Source: Coriobacteriales bacterium | Lineage (GTDB): Bacteria > Actinomycetota > Coriobacteriia > Coriobacteriales > UBA8131 | Direction of reading: 5' to 3' | NCBI GenBank assembly: GCA_031276475.1 | Contig: JAISMZ010000027.1 | Coordinates: forward strand, 1 to 27,582 | DNA length: 27,582 bases | Shown here: positions 19,361-26,666 of the stretch, in pieces | Layout: each line of letters opens with the position of its first letter | Numbering within the stretch: position 1 is the first letter of the stretch | The notes under the pieces: model-generated | Told to the model about the DNA's origin: nothing | The model's input: only the letters and a program-made list of their open reading frames with translations | Database searches by the model: none | Translations under genes and position numbers: made by a program

Positions 19361-22300
19361 TCACAGGCTGTTGCTCGGCTCTGCCGGTTTGGCTTTCAGC
19401 CTGCGCCTGACCACCAGGTTGGTGGTGGCGACCGAGGCAACTACGAGGACAACGGCCAGGGCAACGATCATCAAGACGAACTGTTCCGTGAACAGGGTGG
19501 CGGACGCGCTTAGTGGCTGAACGGGCTCGTGAGCGGCCGACTGGGAAGCACTGCTGGCGAGAGGAGGCTTGGCGTCGCGTATCGTCAGACCGCTGTTTGT
19601 TGCGGTGTTACTGGCCGTCCCAGTATCTGTGGTCGTGGTTCCGCCGCCGGTAGCACTACCGCCGTCACTGCCGCCTGCGTTGCTGCCAGTGGTGTTGTTA
19701 CTGCCAACGGCATTGTTGTTATTGCTCGTCGCCTCGCCGTCCTGCTCGTCATCATCTTGAACTGGTTTGTCGGGCGGAACCGGGATGAACTTCCAGACAT
19801 TGGTTCCCGTTGCATCTTTCATGTCGTACAGAGAGCAGGCGCCATCAAGAAAACGGGCGTAGGCCACAAGCGCATAGGTCGCCTGCTCCGTTGCCATGGG
19901 GCTGTAGGCACCGGTTGCTTCATGCCGGAAGCTGCCATCGGCGTTGCGATAGGTTAAAAGCGCATCGATCAGGCTTTTGCCACCCTTTATGAAGCGCTCA
20001 TCCGTCGCAGGATCGATCCCCAGAGCCGTGAGTGCGACTATCGCCTGAGTTACGGCTTCTGCATTGCCGTAATCTGCCGTTTGCGACTGCCGGGCCGAGA
20101 GCAGATCCACCGCACGCTGCACCGCAATGCGAATCTCCGCATAAGTAGGAGCTGTAACGGCCAGAGGCGCAAATGGGAATGCCGCCGGATCATCGGGGGC
20201 GGTTGTTACCTCTGTTCCGGTTGTCTCAGGTGAGTTGCCGGCGGCAGTCGCGGCAGTGGTCGCCGGTGCTGCTGGCGTCGCCGCCTGCTCAGATACCGCC
20301 TGAACTGCAAGCGCGACGGAGAGGCCCAGGGCGTTATACTGGCTCTCATCCATATTATAATAATAAGCTAATGCCTGAAGTGCCATCGCCGTGATGTCAA
20401 CCTCGGCCTTGGCAGCACTGCCAGAAAGCGCCCAGCCGCCTTCTGCGCCATCGCCAGCGCTGCTTTGATTGGCGATCAGGTGTGCAAGGGCCTGGGCGCG
20501 GACGGCCTTGCCGCGCTGATCGGGGAAATACCCGCCCGCGTCAAGGCTGATCAGGATAAATATCGGGTCGTTTATCCCCTGCGCCGCAAACTGAAAATCG
20601 CTGCCCTCACCCCGCGTCTCAAGTAGCGCGGAGACCAAGTCGAACCTGGGCCCGTTGAGCCCGCTGGGCCGCCAGTTGGAGGCATCTATCCCCAGCGCCG
20701 TGAGCGCGAGGACGACGCGCTCGTTTTCGGTATACTTTCGCCTGTCCAAAACCACCCTGCCGGTCTTGGCGTCATAGGAATCGGCCTCCTTCAGGATATA
20801 CTCCTCGAGGTTTTTTAGATAGGCGGCTTTGGCAGTATCGTCCAGCAGGCCGGCGCGGGCCCGCCCAACAACGGCCCACTCGCCACCCGTGGTACCCACC
20901 CCAGGCGCAGCCACACTGCCTTTGAGGTAATCGAGCGCATCGGTAAGGGCGCGTTCAACATCCTTTACCGGTTCAGGGGTGGCAGGCTCCTCGGGATTGC
21001 CGGGTTTCACAGGCTCCTCGGGGTCGCCAGGCTCGCCGGGCTCTTCCGGCTCCGCGGGCGGCGCAACACCATCGGGCGGAATCAGCCAGCCACCAGGATA
21101 GGGCGGTTGTGCGCCCTCAAAATCGCCGACCTCAAGGGCAAAGTCGTCCGCGTAATGCCAGATTACCTCATCGCCCGTCCTGACCTTCATATCGCGCAGG
21201 CCAGAGCCAGGATGGACGCCGTTTACCGAATAGGTCCAGCCCGAAAACGCGCCGTTGTCCAACTCGGAGAGCATGCCGCCGCCAAAGCGCGCCGGAATCT
21301 TTATGCCCGAGATGTAATTGGGCTGCTCGCTCCAACTTAAGCCCGCTCCCTTAAGCGCCCAGGCAAAGACCTCATACACCGAGACCTGCGATTTGCCCGC
21401 CATGGGGTAGCTGACGGGGTTTATCCAGTTCTGATAGCTCGTCCGCTCGCCGTAGCCGGGCTTGTCGCTGTGCTTTGCGGCACCCACCAGGCGAAAACTG
21501 ACGCTGTCGCTGTCTGCGGGCGCGGCGGGCTTGCTCACGGTAAGCAGCGCCCGGTCCCAGGTCAGCGCGTTGGGCTCGCCGCGCGTGGCGGTTACCACGT
21601 GGGTGCCCAGGGCAAGACTAGAGGTGTTGAGGAGGACTTTGCCGTCCGCGCCGGTAACCGCCCCGCTGTCCTGAGCACCAACCAGCAGCCTGGCACCCGC
21701 GAGTGGCGCGAGCCCGCCGTCTGAGCCCGCCGGCTTGCCGAGCAGCGTGAACTCCGCCTGCTGGCCGCGCTCGACGGCGACGGCGTCTTCTACAAAGCGG
21801 GCGTAGCGCTGGTCGGCGATGGCAGGGTTGTAATAATAGATGAGACTGTCGCCGTCTGTAAGCAGCGTCGTCTGAAGCTTGTCGGCAGGCAACACCTCGC
21901 CGTTCAGCTCGCAGACCCAACCGGCACCGGCCGCGTCAGATGCGGCCTTTAAGACCCCGGTTGGGGTGATCAGGCCGTGCTCGGCCGTAAAGGCGACGGC
22001 CGGCGTGCCGTTTCTAAACGACTGGACGAGCGCGTGCAGCACGGTATAACCGCCCGGCTCACAGTCCACCATCGCCTCGAGGTTGGAGAAGTCATCGGCG
22101 TCCCAGGCGATCTGCACGCCGTCGCGCAAGAGTTGCCAGTCGCTTGTCACGCTGAGCGTGGCCGTGCCGTCTTCCTGATAGGTGCTGTCCGTCGCGGCAA
22201 AGGCTGGCAGCGCAATCTCTGCGCCCGTCTCAGCTACGCCAAAGGTCCCCGTCTTGGTGATGAAGCCGGGCCTGGAGTACTGCCAACTGTGCGGCCCGCC

Positions 22301-24841
22301 AACAGGAAGCTCCTGTACAGCGATCGTGCCGGCATCCGTCTCTGTTGTCTCCGGACGATATTCGCTGCCCCCGGCGCTCTTAACGACCAACGTCGCGGCT
22401 GGGTCGAGCCCCGTGAAGGTAACCGGAGCCTTTACGCCTTCTTCCGGTGCGGTGTAGAAGCGGAACTCGGGGAGCATGGAGTATTTGGCGGAACCCGAGG
22501 GTCGGTCTACGGCATTCGTATTGGGGGTATATCCCGAGGTGGGAATGTTGCGGTGGCTGCCCCAGGGAGAGCCATACCAGCCCTCGATAAGGTGTCCGTC
22601 GATGAGGCTGGTCTCGCCTGCCGCGGATATCTTGAACTTGATGCCCTGACCCAACTGAAATGTTCCATAATACGATGCGGCGCTACCGTTAAGCGTGTTG
22701 TCGCCAAAGCCGTTACCGTAGTCATAGCTGCTCTGAAGTGTCCCGTTGTCTGGCAGCATGGTGTAGACGGTGCGAGCCATGTTCAGATTATATATCCCGG
22801 CCAGTTTGGGAACCGGCGCGTTCATCTGCGTAAGACGGATATATATCTCATCGCCGACCTCAACAGGTTCCCCATATTCCCAGCCTAGTTTGCTCATGTT
22901 GGTGATGCTCACAGGGATTGCCTCGGCAAATATAACGTGGTATTTTACCGCATTGCCGGAGCGCATCTCTATAACGTTGTTGCCGGTGCGTAATTCTACG
23001 TTAAAGACCGTGCCACTGGGTTTGGTGCCGTAGACCGTCCAGCCGCTCTCCCAGACAGCACCGGCGGTGGCACTGAAGTCCGTGTTCCAGACCGGCTGAT
23101 GCACACGCACACTGACATCGCCATAGGTGGAAGTTGGTGAGAAGCTGTAGAGCGCGGATTCCTGCGTGTCAGGAAAGTAGAACGTATCGCACTGATCACC
23201 TGCGCTGGGCTCAGTATAGTTGACGACCTGCGGGTCGATGCCGGAGTTATCCGCCCCACCAACCAGAACGGGGATTATCGCGATGTTTTTCGGTTCGATT
23301 GGATTGTGATAATACGCTGTGTAATCGGTATTCCGTTGCACATTCTGTGGGCTTTGGCCTATGGGGTTACGATATGTAACGGCATCATAGCTGATTTTGA
23401 TAAAAGCAATGCCGGCCTTCTCCCCTTTGATGCGAAACTCGGTTCTGCCCATGCCACCGATATTTGTAAGCGTGATGGCGCCAAAACTGGTACTGATACC
23501 ACCAAATGAGTCGAAAGCGGCAATCTTATCTCTCTCTGGGTCGATGATCTGCAGGTGATAGTCCGGCTCCGCATAGTCATTGCCTAGTGTGCCAATACCG
23601 ATCGCCTGCCAAAAGCGGTGGGGCATCAGGTCGAAGGTTTCGCCTACTCCCAAGTGTACACTACGGCTGGCATCGGTATTGAGCAGGAGATTTGCCTCCC
23701 ACTCAAGGTTGTTGTCATCGGTGGCCACGACATTCTCTAAAGGCTCGAGCGCTACATCAATGGCAAAGGTATCATGCTCTGACCTGATGTAAAAGTTCTG
23801 TTGTTCTTTTTCAAAGTCCCCACCACCGGCCACGTAATGGAAATATACCTGCCGTGGCACGCGAAAACGGTAAATCCAACGCCCTTCAACCGTCTCTTTA
23901 TCTATCTCGCCATATCGCGGAAAGCTGGTAAATACCTTGTAGTGCCTCTCTTTTGTTGCAAGTTGGAGCGCAGCTCCTGCAGGAACGGATATGCTTAGCT
24001 CTGACGGCGGGTATGTTTCCACAGTGATGGATTTAGCTGATGACAGAGGAAGTGCTGGAGACATTCCGACAGTAACGTTATCCTGCACTCCCAGATCAGA
24101 CTGTGCCCAATAGGCATAACCATCGGCAACAGCATAGGACTCCTCACGTGGCGTAATGACATAGTGGTAGGCTTGTCCTACGTAGGCTAGATCCCCTGTA
24201 TTAAAATACATGCTCTCATCCGCGAGCGACCGCATTATGACCAGATAGGTACAGTCTGTTGCACCAAGCGCAGGATCTTTTTTCTTGTAGTTGACTACAC
24301 TGGGCTCTATCTTATTGCCCAGATAGTCAAATAACTCAAAGTCAGAACCCTGACCCATTGAGTCAGCGTTTGAGACTTTGATATTAAGACGATCAATCTT
24401 GAAGCGCTGAGGCTTTTGCGCCTGTTCCTTGTCGATTGGCTCCTCAACGACAAAGACCCCCATACCAACCGGCTTTCCCACAGCCTCATAGCCTCTCCAA
24501 GTATAATTGCCTGGCGCAAGTCGCCACTTGGCAGTTTGTGGGTAAAGCAATTTTGAGCCAAGAGTCCCATGTCTAGCGGGGTCGGTCACAGGGTCTTTTT
24601 TCATACCATCACTATCATAGACCTCGATCAGGTTGTTCTTGATAAGTGCTTTTTGAGCTGTAGAGGACGCCTGACCCCAATACAGCTCGACATCAATAAG
24701 TGTCTCAGCCGCCTCGGCAGACTCGCCACCGGTACCATCGCCATCCTCGGCCAGAGCACTTACCGGAAGCAAAGTGAGCGTCAGGCAAAGTGTCAGGCAA
24801 AGTGTCAGGAACAGGATAGTAATCCGTCTTAATTGCTTCAT
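19361..24841 (-). CDS. 1826-aa secreted, C-terminally membrane-anchored multidomain surface protein; predicted cobalamin/corrinoid-binding (two DUF4430-like domains plus a transcobalamin-like alpha barrel)
   Basis: Signal peptide MKQLRRITILFLTLCLTLCLTLTLLPVSALA with RBS AGAAAGG. SGWTYSVNGVHPGSG...VRTGDEVIWHY (~21135-21510) and GWVCELNGE...LTDGDSLIYYY (~21825-22170). Helical repeats YTENERVVLALTALG, VDITAMALQALA, AVTQAIVALTALGIDP and ATEQATYALVAY (~19815-20965). C-terminal TM segment followed by RRRLK. Second gene after a cobalamin riboswitch. Confidence 0.8.
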   Translation of the reverse strand: MKQLRRITILFLTLCLTLCLTLTLLPVSALAEDGDGTGGESAEAAETLIDVELYWGQASSTAQKALIKNNLIEVYDSDGMKKDPVTDPARHGTLGSKLLYPQTAKWRLAPGNYTWRGYEAVGKPVGMGVFVVEEPIDKEQAQKPQRFKIDRLNIKVSNADSMGQGSDFELFDYLGNKIEPSVVNYKKKDPALGATDCTYLVIMRSLADESMYFNTGDLAYVGQAYHYVITPREESYAVADGYAYWAQSDLGVQDNVTVGMSPALPLSSAKSITVETYPPSELSISVPAGAALQLATKERHYKVFTSFPRYGEIDKETVEGRWIYRFRVPRQVYFHYVAGGGDFEKEQQNFYIRSEHDTFAIDVALEPLENVVATDDNNLEWEANLLLNTDASRSVHLGVGETFDLMPHRFWQAIGIGTLGNDYAEPDYHLQIIDPERDKIAAFDSFGGISTSFGAITLTNIGGMGRTEFRIKGEKAGIAFIKISYDAVTYRNPIGQSPQNVQRNTDYTAYYHNPIEPKNIAIIPVLVGGADNSGIDPQVVNYTEPSAGDQCDTFYFPDTQESALYSFSPTSTYGDVSVRVHQPVWNTDFSATAGAVWESGWTVYGTKPSGTVFNVELRTGNNVIEMRSGNAVKYHVIFAEAIPVSITNMSKLGWEYGEPVEVGDEIYIRLTQMNAPVPKLAGIYNLNMARTVYTMLPDNGTLQSSYDYGNGFGDNTLNGSAASYYGTFQLGQGIKFKISAAGETSLIDGHLIEGWYGSPWGSHRNIPTSGYTPNTNAVDRPSGSAKYSMLPEFRFYTAPEEGVKAPVTFTGLDPAATLVVKSAGGSEYRPETTETDAGTIAVQELPVGGPHSWQYSRPGFITKTGTFGVAETGAEIALPAFAATDSTYQEDGTATLSVTSDWQLLRDGVQIAWDADDFSNLEAMVDCEPGGYTVLHALVQSFRNGTPAVAFTAEHGLITPTGVLKAASDAAGAGWVCELNGEVLPADKLQTTLLTDGDSLIYYYNPAIADQRYARFVEDAVAVERGQQAEFTLLGKPAGSDGGLAPLAGARLLVGAQDSGAVTGADGKVLLNTSSLALGTHVVTATRGEPNALTWDRALLTVSKPAAPADSDSVSFRLVGAAKHSDKPGYGERTSYQNWINPVSYPMAGKSQVSVYEVFAWALKGAGLSWSEQPNYISGIKIPARFGGGMLSELDNGAFSGWTYSVNGVHPGSGLRDMKVRTGDEVIWHYADDFALEVGDFEGAQPPYPGGWLIPPDGVAPPAEPEEPGEPGDPEEPVKPGNPEEPATPEPVKDVERALTDALDYLKGSVAAPGVGTTGGEWAVVGRARAGLLDDTAKAAYLKNLEEYILKEADSYDAKTGRVVLDRRKYTENERVVLALTALGIDASNWRPSGLNGPRFDLVSALLETRGEGSDFQFAAQGINDPIFILISLDAGGYFPDQRGKAVRAQALAHLIANQSSAGDGAEGGWALSGSAAKAEVDITAMALQALAYYYNMDESQYNALGLSVALAVQAVSEQAATPAAPATTAATAAGNSPETTGTEVTTAPDDPAAFPFAPLAVTAPTYAEIRIAVQRAVDLLSARQSQTADYGNAEAVTQAIVALTALGIDPATDERFIKGGKSLIDALLTYRNADGSFRHEATGAYSPMATEQATYALVAYARFLDGACSLYDMKDATGTNVWKFIPVPPDKPVQDDDEQDGEATSNNNNAVGSNNTTGSNAGGSDGGSATGGGTTTTDTGTASNTATNSGLTIRDAKPPLASSASQSAAHEPVQPLSASATLFTEQFVLMIVALAVVLVVASVATTNLVVRRRLKAKPAEPSNSL
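24781..24809. repeat. 12-nt tandem repeat in the signal peptide coding region
   Basis: TCAGGCAAAGTG x2 plus TCAGG, encoding LTLC-LTLC-LT. Confidence 0.75.
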
Positions 24842-24900
24842 CTTACTGCCTTTCTCGGCCAATGCGTACAGGCGCCGGGAGCAACCCGGGCTTTTGCTGT

Positions 24901-24942
24901 GATCACCCTCCCCGGCACTGAGTTGCGTCGGAGAGGGTGATC
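24901..24942 (-). other. Strong intergenic hairpin without a U-tract
   Basis: Minus strand GATCACCCTCTCCGACGC-AACTCA-GTGCCGGGGAGGGTGATC: about 17 of 18 positions pair, including G-U. It lies 13 nt after the stop at 24955. Confidence 0.7.
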
Positions 24943-24954
24943 GTCCTTAAAGAC

Positions 24955-25845
24955 TTACAGGTACTGCTGGAAGTTCATGTTGTAAATCAGATCGTAAGCG
25001 GCGATATCCATGTCGAAATATTTCCAGACGATAATGTCTCCCGGCATGACCCGATAGCTGTCGCCGCCGATGCGTTTGCCGAGACCAACACGCTGGTAAC
25101 TACTGTCTACATTGCGATAGACGGCGGAAAACCAAGCCTTGTAGCTGGTACTTGAGGTCTGCTCCGTAGCCCACTCATTACCGGCGAGCGTCATAGACTC
25201 AATGGTCTCGCCGGTCCACGGGACAGCATCTTGGTTGGTCACAACATTGGTCAACTCAGAGATGTACGTGCTATACCACGATGCGAACAAGGTGTCAAAG
25301 TTGGTTGGAAAGGTTCTTCCCAACTTCTCGTCGTATGTGCTGCTCAAAATCGTTTGCGCCCCTGAGTCGTAATAGAGGGCACCGGTCTTATCGTTAGGAT
25401 CATATATCCGTAGGTCAATATTCACCACTTCGTCAGGTGTGGGCGGGTTCGCCTCGTTGCGCACGATGGTGATGTTGGTGTAGTTGTTTGGGGTAGGCGC
25501 GGACGGGTTTGTTATCTGAACGCTGAGTGCACCGTAACTACCGTCATCAGGCAATTCGATAATTGCCTCAACAGCCCAGTCTCCGGGGCTTACTTCGTAG
25601 GCACCCGCAACCACCACCGTACCAGCAGAAAGTCCGTCATCATCGATAAACTCAATGTAGGCCGGATCGTTCAGCTCCAGATTAGCCGCGATGGAAGCCG
25701 GCGGGCAGAGACGAGTTTGAGCCGCATTAAACTTAAAAGCGTGTAAATGGAATGTGCCAAAAAGGCAGACTGCCGTCGCGCTGCCGCAGGGCAGACACAC
25801 GGGACGATAGAACTTGAACAGCCGGCCGACGGCGTCCTTCTCCAA
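24955..25845 (-). CDS. Hypothetical protein, first gene of the cobalamin-riboswitch locus; possible divergent DUF4430-like C-terminal domain
   Basis: 296-codon ORF. TTG 25845 has AGAAAGGA 8 nt upstream. C-terminal AWFSAVYR...YRVMPGDIIVWKY resembles the GW.Y...GD.I.W.Y signature. No canonical signal peptide, so the start is uncertain. Confidence 0.65.
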   Translation of the reverse strand: MEKDAVGRLFKFYRPVCLPCGSATAVCLFGTFHLHAFKFNAAQTRLCPPASIAANLELNDPAYIEFIDDDGLSAGTVVVAGAYEVSPGDWAVEAIIELPDDGSYGALSVQITNPSAPTPNNYTNITIVRNEANPPTPDEVVNIDLRIYDPNDKTGALYYDSGAQTILSSTYDEKLGRTFPTNFDTLFASWYSTYISELTNVVTNQDAVPWTGETIESMTLAGNEWATEQTSSTSYKAWFSAVYRNVDSSYQRVGLGKRIGGDSYRVMPGDIIVWKYFDMDIAAYDLIYNMNFQQYL

Positions 25846-25867
25846 CCCAAGGATCCTTTCTCAACAC

Positions 25868-26100
25868 TGCTGTCGGCCGGTATCCTGACTCCCGCTTCAT
25901 CCTCCAAGGCGCCTTCTCATCCGTCCACTACAGACGGACAATGGCATCTGCCTCTTTGTCAGCGGTCACAGTTGTGGTTTACAGTCCGGTTACGATGCCC
26001 CGCTCCTGGCGACATCGCCCTGGTTCCGTAGGAGGCTCGTGACGCTCTTCGTCACGCGTAAGCCTCGCTCTAGTTCGGCGGTTTTCGCCACCGACAGCAA
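25868..26100 (-). ncRNA. Cobalamin (AdoCbl-class) riboswitch
   Basis: Minus strand shows P1 TGCTGTCGG/CCGACAGCA, CTACGGAA, CCGGACTGTAAACCACAACTGTGA, CCGCT/AGCGG, the B12-box GCCATTG-TCCGTC...GACGGA-TGAGAAGGC and GAGTCAGGATACCGGCC. Confidence 0.92.
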
Positions 26101-26122
26101 CCCTGTATTGAGTTCGTGGCTG

Positions 26123-26133
26123 AGCATAGCACA
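26123..26133 (-). promoter_or_regulatory. Putative extended -10 promoter of the riboswitch transcript
   Basis: TGTGC-TATGCT about 20 nt upstream of P1, with the same TGTGCTA..CT pattern as the csp promoter. Confidence 0.55.
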
Positions 26134-26260
26134 GAGCAAACGAAAATGTGTTGGGAATGTGAAGTCATCTTGCACCCGATTTTGGCGATCGCTTGTGCGG
26201 AGGTGTACAGGAAAGGCTGTTGGAATCGCCGGAGCGGCGACCGGATGAGAAGCTGAAAAC

Positions 26261-26557
26261 TCAGGCCTGACCGGCAGCTTTTTTCAGGGGCGCACGTGAG
26301 TTTGTTGGGCGGTTGAGCGCCAAGTCTCGGTTTGCCTGCAAATTGAGCCAGAATTCCGGCGTTGACTCAAAGGCCTCGGCAAGCAACCACGCCGTTGCTG
26401 GCGTGATGCCGCGCTTGCCGTTAACGATCTCATTTATCCTTTGAACAGACACCTGCAAATGCTTTGCCAGCTCAACCTGAGTTATTCCCAGAGGGAGCAG
26501 GAACTCCTCCAAAAGAACAACACCGGGATGCGTGGGTATGCGGTTTTCTGGAATCAT
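26261..26557 (-). CDS. higA: HigA-family antitoxin (HTH-XRE)
   Basis: PTHPGVVLLEEFLLPLGITQVELA, RINEIVNGKRGIT and PEFWLNLQ. ATG 26557 has TAAGGAG 9 nt upstream. Confidence 0.92.
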   Translation of the reverse strand: MIPENRIPTHPGVVLLEEFLLPLGITQVELAKHLQVSVQRINEIVNGKRGITPATAWLLAEAFESTPEFWLNLQANRDLALNRPTNSRAPLKKAAGQA

Positions 26558-26570
26558 GGCCAACAGCTCC

Positions 26571-26666
26571 TTAATGGTAGTCGAGTATCCGCACGTCGTG
26601 AGCACCTGAATCCCTGTAGCGGAAAACAAGGCGCCATTTATCGTGAAACTGCAAGCATCGCAGGGG
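26571..26666 (-). pseudogene. higB: 3' remnant of a HigB/RelE-family toxin gene
   Basis: Manual translation PLRCLQFHDKWRLVFRYRDSGAHDVRILDYH* matches the HigB C-terminal pattern (ND.WR..F.W....A.DV.I.DYH). Its TAA overlaps the higA RBS. The 5' two-thirds are absent. Confidence 0.8.

Noticed and set aside
19815-20965. Squalene-hopene cyclase or prenyltransferase activity for the helical-repeat domain
   Set aside because: QW-like repeats are present but there is no DxDD catalytic motif. The extracellular location, DUF4430-like neighbours and B12 riboswitch favour a binding scaffold.
26226-26240. Terminator after higA (TCGCCG-CTC-CGGCGA)
   Set aside because: The 6-bp stem has a 3-nt loop and no U-tract, which is too weak to call.
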